The notes below the pieces were generated by a model. It saw only the letters and a list, made by a program, of their open reading frames with translations, had not been told where the DNA came from and searched no databases. A DNA stretch of 64,000 nucleotides from Lingula anatina (Eukaryota > Animalia > Brachiopoda). The first letter of the stretch is position 1. The number at the start of each line of letters is the position of its first letter. Position numbers and translations under genes: made by a program. The stretch is taken from assembly GCA_051362555.1 (NCBI GenBank), contig CM120646.1:22444001-22508000 (forward strand). Reading direction: 5' to 3'. Shown piece after piece: positions 52,601-63,294 of the stretch.

Positions 52601-55600
52601 AACTCAGCTTTAAGTGTCCTCCACCGCCCCACCTCCCTCCCAACATACACAGTCTGAGTGCTTCTTCGTCTGTCTCTAATTTTCTTTCGTATCTTTCGAA
52701 CTGGAGTGGCTATTTTCTTTCGTCCCCTTTTGTCGCTCTCCTCTTCAGACTTGACGCGCGTCTGAGCCATGTTTGCTGTTTTGGCGCCAAATAGTAACAT
52801 CCGGGTCTCAGCCGTAGTACTTCATTCATAGTAAACCGCGAGACTTAGCGAGAAATTGCGCGTTCTGAAGCCGTACTGTGAGGTGGTAGCTGAGTATTTA
52901 AGACGAGTCGTCTTTTATTATTTAATGGAACTTAAAAACGGTATTAGGTAGGTTCATTTTCTCAACGGTTTTGGATAGGATATACCTTGGTCATTATGGG
53001 GAAATTGGTGAGATTTCCAGGAAAATTCATTTTCGTGCTATTTTAAGGGTTTAACGCGCTGAGACTGTCTTTAAGTTCAAAATATTTTTTTCTACTTGTA
53101 AACGCACATTAAAGTTTGTATGTATGTGTTGGAGGGCATTAATTTATTATTTCCTTGTGTTTAGTTTTGATAATTGAAAATATAGAGATAGATATGAAGT
53201 ACATATATAATGAAAGCTGGCGTTATGTCACAGGGCAAAGACAAAAGGTGGAGCACAGCGCATGGGTAAATACGACGATGGAGGCAATCGAGTTTGTGAA
53301 GAAGCATCAGCAGTATTTGGAGGACTACCTGGACCATCAGTCACATCGGGGGGCTCACCAACGTCCGAAGGTAATGTATAGTTTACTTAAATTCAAGAAA
53401 TTTGGGTCTATTTTTTTCGTACAATGGTATTTTTATAAAGGAGAAAACTAACAACTATAGAAGCTCTGTTTTCAAAAGTTGCCATAATCACCCTGTGCCT
53501 AAAACGTTTTAGGTCAGTCGGACTACATGTAGTAGCCCTTGGAAAACGAGTCTTTAGTAAAATAAACTACTAGCGGACTAAGCGCAAAATGTAATCTACA
53601 CACATAAGGAAAATGATCACAAACAACCACCAAAATATCTACTGAGCCTATAAGATATAGACCAGACTTTTTTTAAATCCACTTTTCATTAGCCATATAT
53701 AAAATTGCTCATTAGTCATGTCGGTTAAATTTTGTACTTATACATGACCTGGTTATTAATTTCAGAACGCGGGACGAAAAACTGTTCATCACAATCTAGC
53801 ATCTCGGCCAGCTTACGCCCATACCAAAGGATATAACTCAGACATTCGCCACAGCGCTCCAAGTTACCCCAAGCAAAATGGCAGACAAAATCAAAATGGC
53901 CGTTCATATGGTTGGCACTACTCAAATATAAAAAATAACGGGCGATATACAGAAAAGAGTTCAGATAGAAATGGTTTTGGATCATTTAACACCAGTCCAA
54001 GTCAAAATCGCGATTACCAGCAGTATAATTTGGACAAGAAAAATTATGGTGACTTTGAAAATTTATTCCGTGATTATACGAATAGAAATGGTGCTCAGTA
54101 CGATTCTGAAAAACAAAGAAACAAGTGGTATCAAAACTATTTACCAGTGGGTGGGAGTCAAAATACGGACCGGTTTCCAAAAAAAGAAAGAAATACATAC
54201 TCTGGATCGAAAGATCACAGTCCTAAAGCAGGCTACTCTGTGCCATCACAGCGTGAAAGACTTTTGGGCAGAAAAATTTTAGGTCAAAGAATCGGGAGAC
54301 AAGCTGTGACACGTAGAGAGAAAAGGCACATGAGTCCTCACGACGACAATGGGATACAAAGACTTTTATCCACAGGTATGCAGAACTGTGACAATGTGTA
54401 ACAGGGTAGACATGCACTGTTATTGTTACAATAATCACAAAGGGCGGGTACTTCAAATTATTTCATTTTGTCAGAGAGCTGTGACATACTTTTTTCCTTT
54501 GAACTATCTCAAAATACATACATCAAAGGGTTTTACAATTTAAGATATAAAATAAAGAATAGATGTATGCATGAATGTTGATACATTTTAGTTATCATAC
54601 ATATTGTCAATATGCACGAGTTTAATCGAACATATCAATATTTTTTCAGGAACTCTCGCTCCGCCGCTGTTGAACCCGTCTGACCCAGCATACAACAATA
54701 GTATAGACCTGGTGTTCGCAACTTACTGGATCTTCCCGGCAAAGACAGAGGCATTGCTGCCGGAAGACCAAGCCTGCGTCCGCCAGTTGATGATGAATAC
54801 CTCTATGAGGATCGATCGATACGGTATGTTTACCCCTGTGAACTGTGTATTTCCAATTATTGTACGTATCCCATCGCCGTGGTCAACTCCTACGTTCAGC
54901 TGGTATTCTCCGAGTACTTATTGAGCGGGACCAGGCGTATAAAGGGAATATTCCTTGGCAAAGAAAAAACGCATTGGTTTACGGGTTAATGCATTGGGAT
55001 TATTTTAGTGGTAATGTTGCCGTTAATTGCATGCTGTTTTAACACTTCTACATGTACTACGGATGCTCTTTTCAAAGATACAGCTTAACTTTTTGCCACA
55101 CAAACCGCACACCGTGTATACTGTAATTACATGCTGATGCGTTAGAGGTGCAAAACACTCCCTAAAAATGCCTTTTTTCAATCCTGCTTTAGATATCTTC
55201 ATAAAAGCTGTCAATTCCTGTCATATTCTTCTTTTTCATTTAAGACGCAACACTATTGTAGAGTTTTTATATAATATGCATTTATACGCCTTCTCTAGCC
55301 TTCATTTGTGCTGTATTTTACAATTCATAAGGTTAGAATATTTACATAAGAGAAAGTGGTCATCATCACTTATTATTTTTTTTATTTATTTTGTTTATTT
55401 ATTTTTATATAAAAAGCGGTATCTGTCTCATAAAAAACTGTATGAGCCTGATGGTCATACCCATCTTCAAATGACAAGCAGTTCATTCGGAACTATGTGG
55501 TTTCTCATCATGCCACCAGTGTGTTATCATACTTGACAGGCATTGATTGAAAATGATACAGACACCTATTTCAGAGTTTCCTGTCTTGTAGGTAAATACT

Positions 55601-56880
55601 ATGGCCTGGACGACCATGCCTTCCGCCATGCTGTCACAGATGAATGCCTGGCACGAGGTGGGCGACATCCTGCAGAGGGCGGCACTTTCCAAGACGCTAA
55701 GGAATACAACCCTTACGACCTGAAAATGGGGCAGCTCACAGTATACAGGTAAAATTATCTCGTTTTTAATTACCAGACTTGCGATGTTCTGCCTTTCTTT
55801 CTAATAATATATGTACTGTAATGTATAGATTTCGTTTTATTTTGAGATAATAGTGAGTCAAAACAAGAAGTTGTAAATAAGGAGTAAAAACAAGGGTTTT
55901 CTATTCATCCCATTCTCCTAGCAGCTTAACCCTAATAATTACCCAGCTTGTGGAGAGCTTGTGCCTAATACATATTCAAAAGACTACTCATGTAGGTTGT
56001 TTCAGCCAATTGGGAGCAACCCTCGTGAAGTCTCTAATAATCTCACAGACAAACCATGGCGGGATTACAAAAAGGTGTAGAGAGAGAAGTGCCAGTCTTG
56101 ACGCAACCATTTTGGGAAATAAATTTCAAATCATGTGTGATACACAGCCATTTGATTAAGAGACGATTTGTTATACAAAAATTAGTTTGAAATCAAGAAT
56201 GTATGAAAACAATTTCACAAATCCACCTTCAAAGCTAAAATTTGCTCTCTTTACAACTTAATGGTCAAAACAACGGCTGCTGAAACGACCCACTAAGATA
56301 TTATCCTCTGATAACAGCCCCCACTAAAATACTATACAAAATCACACTGCAGGTTTTCGACACGTTTGTAACAGGTTAATAGCGCACCCTTTGGTCAGAG
56401 AGTACTCAAATAGCTGGCTACATCAGTGTCACTATTTGAAATTTACCTCCAACTATTAACTAAGGCTTCCGTTAAGGACCTCAGTAAGACCTGTAAGTCT
56501 TACTCTCTGACCACAGATGTCACTAGTGGTCTGTTGCAAAATTATTGAATCGGCTCCTTCAGTTTTGTATAGCCTACTATATTGGTCTATACTAGCGGCC
56601 CCTTTGATATCTGAGGGTATGTCACTTTGTACGTCTTAAGTTTGTAATATTTCATCACGGGTGTTATCTTAAATCAGTGGACAGTCTTTTTTCAAATATC
56701 ACAAACTTGTGTAAAGAATTCATTTTTCGTTGCAGGCTTCGTCTAAAATGCACATGCCCGGATGCAGGTTTGACAGGGGGTAAAGAGTGTGGGAGCATTC
56801 TTCCATTTCACAAACAAGGCTGGGCGGCGTACATGGGGACCAGAGGGACCAGCCACTTTAAGCCCAGGAAACCATGGTGA
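47940..56880 (+). CDS. FAM234B: FAM234/ITFG3-like type II membrane protein with FG-GAP-like beta-propeller; 13 coding exons, 990 aa
   Basis: join(47940..48492,48921..49129,49310..49481,49661..49887,50378..50559,51030..51126,51534..51717,51904..52029,53234..53370,53766..54375,54650..54823,55592..55748,56736..56880). All introns are GT-AG with compatible phases; total 2973 nt; in-frame stop upstream of the ATG at 47889. Acidic cytosolic N-terminus, one TM (LLCCVLTAVSSCLLILAVVLFAM), DxNxDG motifs (DVNGDGTLD, DINGDGVNE, DVNGDGVPD, DINQDGVED), C-terminal Q.W..YMG..G motif. The family assignment is from motif recognition; the A versus B paralogue label is not resolvable. Confidence 0.88.
48921..49129 (+). 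CDS. FAM234B: FAM234-like coding exon 2
   Basis: ttttag|(G)ADGHNVPELVC...DINGDGVNECLAGGRGG|gtaaga. Confidence 0.93.
49310..49481 (+). CDS. FAM234B: FAM234-like coding exon 3
   Basis: tttcag|VFRAINGRDGELLW...DVNGDGVPDVLLAHGGDPMRES|gttggt. Confidence 0.92.
49661..49887 (+). CDS. FAM234B: FAM234-like coding exon 4
   Basis: taaag|(G)EPVTLSGELVILSG...ETYFSP...LFGTGGETHGGALW...HMSK|gtgatg. Confidence 0.92.
50378..50559 (+). CDS. FAM234B: FAM234-like coding exon 5
   Basis: tttag|AKKLYSDPFKGIMTPPALADINQDGVEDIV...GSESY|gtaaga. Confidence 0.93.
51030..51126 (+). CDS. FAM234B: FAM234-like coding exon 6
   Basis: ttcag|(N)TPAVGYYNNDDVPDFMVRYAHGPGFPVYYDSV|gtgagt. Confidence 0.93.
51177..51337 (+). mobile_element. 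MITE with about 48-bp TIRs in FAM234-like intron 6
   Basis: Left GACTCCATACAGAATAGGGGGCTAACTAGTCCGAGGGTCAAATATGGC versus right revcomp GGCCCCATTCAGAAGAGGGGACTAACTAGTCCAAAGGTCAAATATGGC. A second copy lies at 41893-42035. Confidence 0.82.
51534..51717 (+). CDS. FAM234B: FAM234-like coding exon 7
   Basis: tttag|TTILDGKTGKML...GNDLFLYWVADC...FAE|gtatgt. Confidence 0.92.
51904..52029 (+). CDS. FAM234B: FAM234-like coding exon 8
   Basis: attag|(D)TNVHQQSRSDVCRLRF...PGITVYDS|gtaggt. Confidence 0.88.
52080..53070 (-). mobile_element. Non-autonomous Kolobok-type DNA transposon (991 bp) in FAM234-like intron 8
   Basis: TTAA TSD at 52076-52079 and 53071-53074. Perfect 12-bp TIR AGACAGTCTCAG/CTGAGACTGTCT extends imperfectly (..GTTA). 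Carries a - strand coding exon. Confidence 0.88.
52559..52770 (-). pseudogene. Transposon-derived first coding exon (basic region plus 'VG....RWR.LK..LG....A.A..LLD' motif)
   Basis: MAQTRVKSEEESDKRGRKK...RDRRRSTQTVYVGREVGRWRTLKAELGLTYEAMAKLLLD ends at a perfect GTGAGT donor (52558-52553). The motif resembles, from recall, N-terminal segments of TTAA-transposon and zinc-finger proteins. No downstream transposase exons are present in the element. Confidence 0.6.
53234..53370 (+). CDS. FAM234B: FAM234-like coding exon 9
   Basis: cacag|(R)QRQKVEHSAWVNTTMEAIEFVKKH...QRPK|gtaatg. Confidence 0.85.
53766..54375 (+). CDS. FAM234B: FAM234-like coding exon 10 (long polar low-complexity insert, RREKR site)
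   Basis: ttcag|NAGRKTVHH...610 nt open...RREKRHMSPHDDNGIQRLLST|gtatgc. Confidence 0.85.
54650..54823 (+). CDS. FAM234B: FAM234-like coding exon 11
   Basis: ttcag|(G)TLAPPLL...SIDLVFATYWIFPAK...IDRY|gtatgt. Confidence 0.9.
55592..55748 (+). CDS. FAM234B: FAM234-like coding exon 12
   Basis: ttgtag|(G)KYYGLDDHAF...MGQLTVY(R)|gtaaaa. Confidence 0.88.
56736..56880 (+). CDS. FAM234B: FAM234-like coding exon 13 (last)
   Basis: tgcag|LRLKCTC...KQGWAAYMGTRGTSHFKPRKPW*. Confidence 0.9.
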
Positions 56881-57080
56881 TGTTGACCGTCACTATGGTG
56901 ATGAATATAGATTACCATGGTGATGAACAAAGGTTACCATGACATCTTCGACAGTACACAGCTAAAATAATGTTCTATCAGCTGGGGCATCCATGGTGCT
57001 GTTAGTCAAACTGTGGGCCACGCCCACTGGCCCAAGCTTTGGTACTGTTGCTATTGTCCCTGTGCAAAGTACCATGATAA

Positions 57081-57374
57081 TGTCAATCAAAGCCTTGAAG
57101 ATAGATCTTACCACACCCACAGGAACGCCTGATGATGTCAATCAAAGCCTTGAAGATAGATCTTACCACACCCACAGGAACGCCTGATGATGTCAATCAA
57201 AGCCTTGAAGATAGATCTTACCACACCCACAGGAACGCCTGATGGTGTCAATCAAAGCCTTGAAGATAGATCTTACCACACCCACAGGAACGCCTGATGG
57301 TGTCAATCAAAGCCTTGAAGATAGATCTTACCACACCCACTGGAACGCCTGATGATGTCAATCAAAGCCTTGAA
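57081..57374. repeat. 55-bp tandem repeat, 5.3 near-identical copies, 200 nt downstream of the FAM234-like stop
   Basis: TGTCAATCAAAGCCTTGAAGATAGATCTTACCACACCCACAGGAACGCCTGATGA starts at 57081, 57136, 57191, 57246, 57301 and 57356 (partial). Confidence 0.97.
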
Positions 57375-58542
57375 TATTTGATATTGCCATGCCGATTGGA
57401 GGACTGTAGTACCTCCATGCTATGGAAATGTAAACATTATTGTTTTAGATATAACAGTCGGGGAATATTTAAGTTTCCGCTGGTTTCCGCTTGAAAACGT
57501 CTAAGATATTCTTATCCGTATTCTTTGAATTGAAGGGGGCGGACAAACAATGGACAACCATATATTAATACCGTAAAATCATCACAACAGTAACACAATA
57601 GCCTTGAAAAAAGGGACAGGACACATCAGCCAGTAAATATCACCATTGTTACTTGCGTCGACAGGGTATTTTTTAAGTGGCCAGGGCCAAAGCGGACACT
57701 TGCCATTGCAATCAGTGCCCATCACCTCACTGTTATCTTTATTGGTGTATAATACCCTCAAAGCATTAAAATGTATTTGATCACAGATTTCATATAACTT
57801 TGATTCCCACTTTGTCGTGTGTCAAGTAATTTCAATGCAGGAAGCCATCGTGGTATTGATTTTAGCAAATAATTTTCAGGTAAAAAATTTTAAGTAAAAC
57901 ATTACCGGGAGTTTTCTTTTCTCTAAAGGAATCTGCATTTATAATAAACTATTATGACTGATAATGGGAAAGAAGCATACAGTAAGCACAAACATCCTTT
58001 AGAGGTATACATTATACATATATATATTGGGTTTATGCGAAATAGCCAGTCGTTTTAGTTAGGCATATACAGAAAATGAACTGTAGTTCAAATAACACAA
58101 TCAAGAGACCAAGATTAGACGGTCCTGATTGAGAAATAGATGGAAAGACCTTTACAATCAGTCGCAAATATAGTAGTATATTGTAGTATTAAACGTGAAT
58201 ATATGGGTCTACGAATCACCAAAGTTGGTACATTAATGAAAAACATGAAATTAAGGCAAGGAGGAATATAATTATCAAGTGTACCTGTATCACAAAGTGA
58301 ATGCGACAGATACAATCGTGTAATAGATAAAGCCTAGCTTATAGCTTACATTTGCCACGGGCGCCGTGCGATGAAATCGTATACGATTGTCCGTGCGTTT
58401 TTTAAAATTGTATTTATTTATTTATCTATTATTATTATTATTTTGACATCGTGAGGGGCTACGAGCTACACCGAGTATGTAAGACAATCGTTGAACAATG
58501 ATTTAGGAGGACTACTTTAATTATATACTCAATAGTACATTT

Positions 58543-58548
<6 letters not shown>

Positions 58549-58611
<63 letters not shown>
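58549..58611. repeat. (TA)n microsatellite
   Basis: Direct reading. Confidence 0.97.
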
Positions 58612-58614
<3 letters not shown>

Positions 58615-59141
58615 GACAAATGCTATTTCTTCTACTCTGGAGCACCATGCGGAACTTGAAGCTTTTATTGATTGTTTATAATATTATTATGTTCTCATTC
58701 GTTCTTCAACTTCTTCTCAACTGTTCAACTCCTCAACTCGACTTTTGCAATACGATTTCGGGTGCATATATCCTTCTACGCTTGTTTCTTACATTGGGTA
58801 ATTCTCGACGTAAAATCATAATTTATCTTGTAAAGCTCATAACATACCTAAAAATAGAGAAAATCATTTGAACTAGTAGACTTTGACCTCAATGTGATAT
58901 TCAGCTTTTTTTTTAATCCATATACGATTCAGTTGTCAGTTGCGAACTACTTCCTAGTTTTCACAAGGTTCTTCAAGGACTCTCAAAGATCGCTTTAATT
59001 GCAGCACATACCATAAACACCCAAAAATAAATAGATATGGGCATATCAGATTACATATTTGCAAAAACTCCACATGACAACAATCACCTCAGCAGGAATT
59101 CTTTTCCCTTGACGCTCTTTGACGCGCTATCGGTCGATGCT

Positions 59142-59217
59142 GCATATACTTCAAAACAAATTGACTGCAAATTAAGCACTATTTTGCACCTTCAAGTGTC
59201 GTAACACGTTTTCATAT
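59142..59217 (+). repeat. Dispersed repeat, copy 1 (copy 2 at 62202-62277)
   Basis: GCATATAyTTCAAAACAAATTGACTGCAAATTAAGCA..ATTTTGCACCTTCAAGTrTCGTAACACGTTTTCATAT occurs in both places. Confidence 0.9.
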
Positions 59218-60532
59218 AAGACGCTCTGTTTTTGCAATAAAGAGCTAGTCCAATTTAAACGCTTGTTAAATGAATTATTTTCCCGTTTGAATATGGGAAA
59301 TCAGTACTTTTAGTGTGAAATAAGATTTAATTCTGAATCTAAATATATGCCCCTTGACGTCCTCCCCAATCCACAATCTACAACCTTAGTCTGTCAGACG
59401 TGTCGTCAAAATAGGATATTGTCAGCATCCTATGAGAATGGAAAATGGCAAAAACGCATGCAAATCAGGGTTTCCAGAGGAACAGTCAAAGGCACTCCTT
59501 GGGATGCTCTATACCGTGCGACAAGAAGGATAAACCCAGTACAGGTGACAGAGGGAATGGGGCGGGGAGGAAATAAAAAAGAGAATAGTGACAGGGATTA
59601 AAGGGGTTGATGATCACCTTTTTTTTAAATTTCTTGACACAGGAATTATTTGAGATTTGGACGATGGTTCCTTTTGATAGTAGAGAGATGTTACGCTTTG
59701 ATTGAAATTCTGAAGGCAAAAGATTGCTAGTTACGAGTTGGCCAGGCAGATATCAAGTGGTCCATTACTTACATTATCATTGCCAATGGTCATTATGTAA
59801 AACGATAAGAATTTTCTTCATATCTATATGCAGATTGAATCGTAATTAATTCAGAGCATATTCATTAAAGACGGCAATTAGCATAAACAAAACCGCCCAG
59901 TTTACTACTGATAAACTTTTAAAGCACGCGACGCATCCAGCGAAGCTTACCGGTTAAGACAGCCAAGAGATAAGCGACCTTCTATTTTAGCGAGAGCCAC
60001 TTTGTCAAGACGACTGATACGTGAAGAAGTTGGAAGGGACACCATCCGTTTACAAAATTGCAGAGGTACTCGTTAAATACAACACGATTCTGACAATTCA
60101 TCGGATAACAGGCACTGCACAAAGACATCTGAATTTTCAAAAAAAAAAAGAAGATTACATTAGAATTGCCATCTTTCCGCTTTGTTGGTGGACGTTTTTA
60201 TGGTTTTTATGCGACGGAAATTACTTTTTGATTCCTTTGTTTGTTTCAGATCAGCATTTTCCGTTATGGATATACCAGCCTTTGTCGGTAAGTTCAGTGG
60301 AATAGCCATACGCTATTCACCTATTTTCTTCTATTAGTCATGGATATCTCGATGTTGAGAAGTGTAAAATTTCGACAACCATATTGTGTCCCAAACAGGT
60401 AAGATTGTAACGAAAAGTTTTGTTTCTACAAAAATTAATATATCAATCACTTTTTCATTATTTTTTTTTTTTTCATTTTTCCCATAAGACGTCTCTTACA
60501 ATGTCACATGTACCAAGTTGCAGAGGTTAAGA

Positions 60533-60659
60533 ATGACAACAGAAAATTCAAAGTCCAGAAAAGAGAATACAAATAGCTCGTAGTTTCTGGTGTCCTATAA
60601 CGTGGTATATTTAATGAATATTTTTGGTATTGCAAATGCAAACAACAAATTTCCTGATT
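60533..60659 (+). CDS. Putative signal-peptide exon of the Cys-rich gene, with in-frame TAG at 60581-60583
   Basis: MTTENSKSRKENTNSS*FLVSYNVVYLMNIFGIANA-NNKFPD is in frame with the next exon and has a hydrophobic core plus an A-x-A site. The donor (GTACTT) is weak and the true start is unresolved. Confidence 0.35.
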
Positions 60660-60722
60660 GTACTTACTATGCATATAACCATAGAATTCACTGCACACGG
60701 AACTGTATAATTTTTCTTCCAG

Positions 60723-60917
60723 GCTATACAAACGATAACAGTACGAGCCTTTTCAGTGCTTGTGTGAGTACAGCACCGGTTGGAACTTTACCACTTTCTT
60801 GCGGAGATAACACAAGATGTGTCACAAACCCGCTGTTTTCGGTAATAACCCGCTCCACACAGGCCTGTCTTTGCCCTCTGACGTCATACCCATCGCCTAA
60901 TGGAACGTGCCAGACCA
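60723..60917 (+). CDS. Uncharacterised Cys-rich protein, EGF-like six-Cys exon (phase 1-1)
   Basis: ttttcttccag|(G)YTNDNSTSLFSACVSTAPVGTLPLSCGDNTRCVTNPLFSVITRSTQACLCPLTSYPSPNGTCQT|gtaagt. Cys spacing C-x12-C-x5-C-x15-C-x-C-x11-C. Confidence 0.78.
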
Positions 60918-61406
60918 GTAAGTAATCTTCTCGATTCTATTGAAACAGTTTAGAGTAAAATTTGCTATTATTTGTTATTTTGAAAATTTTCAGTTTTCAT
61001 GATTTGTAACCTTTGTTTAATATATATGTAATATGTACATGCAATGAAAGAGAAATGTAACCTACCGTGGTGGAAAAAAAGACCAAGTGATCTTTACTCC
61101 CAAGAAAAAAAGAATAGACTAATGTGGAAAACACCGCGCGCAGCCGACGTTCGTCAAAGTGAAGCGTTTAAGCATATTAAAACATGTACCCTTCTCTTTT
61201 GATTAAAATGGATTTAAGCTGAATGTGAGTTATTAACTGCACCGTCTTTTCTATATTCCATATTTTCTCTCTTCGTGCTTATACGGTCTCTCTCGTTTTA
61301 AATGTGAGTAGTTATACAGCTTGTGATAAACATGGTGGGATTAACGTTCATTCTTTGCACATTTGAAAAACTTCACGGAGTTTTACAGGCTTGTATTTCA
61401 TTGTAG

Positions 61407-61513
61407 TAACAGGAACACCTTGCCAAGTTGCGGAAGACTGCGAAGTCAAGTCCATTGACTGCATTGGGGTGACCGGTTGGGGACTGGACGCGGCTTTGAC
61501 CCAATTCGTGGCG
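61407..61513 (+). CDS. Uncharacterised Cys-rich protein, next exon
   Basis: ttgtag|(I)TGTPCQVAEDCEVKSIDCIGVTGWGLDAALTQFVA|gtatgt; phase 1 in, 0 out. Confidence 0.75.
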
Positions 61514-62201
61514 GTATGTTTGCTGGATCACCAATACAATGCAATCAGTGTCACACACACACGTGCACGCACAAACACACGCCTACACATACACATGCAC
61601 ACACATACATGCACACATGCACTGTTGAGCAGTTTGGGGCTTGTTCAGTTAAAACATGCAGTATGTGTGTGCGTATTGTGTGCGTGTGTATGTGTGTGCA
61701 CTGTACGTGTATGTGTGTGTGTGCACAAACATGCACACGCACAGGCAATTCATAAGCAGTTTGCTCCTTGTAAAATTAAAACATATTAAGCTTAGCATTA
61801 AGTGCTTCTTACGGTGAACATGAAACAAATCACATATTTATAAATGTAAAAACCCAGATTTTAATCTCTTTCTAATGTACTGGATTAGAGTTAGTGACTT
61901 TAGTCTAGACAAAACTGATAAGCTGGTTGAATTAGTCTTTATCAGTTACAATTTCTGTCACTGTTGTTCAAACCTCGATAATCTTGGTAGACAATCTTTT
62001 ATATATGATGTGTAACATATGATGTTTAAGGGGCAAAACTGTTTGACTAAAGTGTTGGGCGTGTTTTTAAGAGGTCGGCTGAGCATCATATGCACAGTGT
62101 AAGCAATTTTAAGCATGAAAATAAAACGCAATTTTTTTTGCTGGCCAATTGTAAATTGAAATTACAGCACAAACCATAAGGCACCCAAAAATAATTATGC
62201 A

Positions 62202-62277
62202 GCATATATTTCAAAACAAATTGACTGCAAATTAAGCAAGATTTTGCACCTTCAAGTATCGTAACACGTTTTCATAT
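62202..62277 (+). repeat. Dispersed repeat, copy 2 (intronic)
   Basis: Near-identical to 59142-59217. Confidence 0.9.
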
Positions 62278-62717
62278 CATATACATATTATTTCTACAAG
62301 TATTTTCTGCCCAAAATACCAAAAAACGTGTTATCTCAGTATGTTGTTGGGAAAACTGCTTCTTTCTCTGAGCCCATGTCTTCACTCCCGTTCACCTCCA
62401 GCTAAAAATGACCACTCAGGTACACCACTACGCCTACGTCTTACACCACTACACGTCACTTCCGGCACAATCCTGTCTCCTCCGGTACCCTCTATTGGGC
62501 AAAGAGTTCATTGTTTAATGAACAGTTAAAAGTCGTTTAGCAAAGAGAAACACATACATTTACAAAATCTCTTCTCGTGCTGCAACATTACAGCTAGGAA
62601 CTTTATTTTCAATCCGTACTCTATTTATTTTACATATTTTTTCATAAGACATGTAATGAAGCTACTTTACCTTTACCCTTTTGATTATCAACTCCCACCA
62701 CTGCGTTTTACTTTCAG

Positions 62718-62862
62718 TCATTCGTGTTGGCACTATGTCGGATAACGGTTGAATATAACTACCAAATCCCTGTGTGGACGTGTACGCCTTCTAACCAGTG
62801 TGATTTTATTGGGCTTGCAACGCCGTCGACTTTTACTACGGTAGGAAGACGAAAACGGGAAG
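62718..62862 (+). CDS. Uncharacterised Cys-rich protein, exon ending in RRKR
   Basis: ctttcag|SFVLALCRITVEYNYQIPVWTCTPSNQCDFIGLATPSTFTTVGRRKRE|gtaaga; phase 0 in, 1 out. Confidence 0.75.
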
Positions 62863-63294
62863 GTAAGAGTGACACACCAGCGAACTGATACCCAAACTAC
62901 TGATCTGTTACTCTGGGCTTTACAAGACCTCCTATTCTTATAATGAGAATTCCTTTTTGTTATCTCTGCGTATTTGTGCTTCCGGCATTTAATATAGTAT
63001 TGCGAAATCCAAATCACGTTTGTTGTTTTATTATCAAAAACATGATCTATAAGCAAATCTAAACGAAATAGCGGATTTGTGGTTCTCTAAAAAATGAATG
63101 AAAGCACTCACACTGAGACCGCATGCAGCAAGTTCGTACCGCCATAATGGGAAAGCGTTAGTGCGGGGGGGGGGGGGGCAAATTATTTTCACGTCCTGTT
63201 GATAGTAAATCGTTTTCCCCGTATTTTCCTAACCATGCAGGATTCACAATACATCACTATGCTAACCATCAGTTTGTTGCAATTTATCTTGCAG

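Noticed and set aside
57081-57374. CRISPR-like array
   Set aside because: Head-to-tail identical units with no unique spacers, in a eukaryotic context with no cas genes.
58620-58871. Hydrophobic 83-aa ORF as first exon of the Cys-rich gene
   Set aside because: It abuts a (TA)n tract, has T-rich low-information composition and no acceptor or promoter support.
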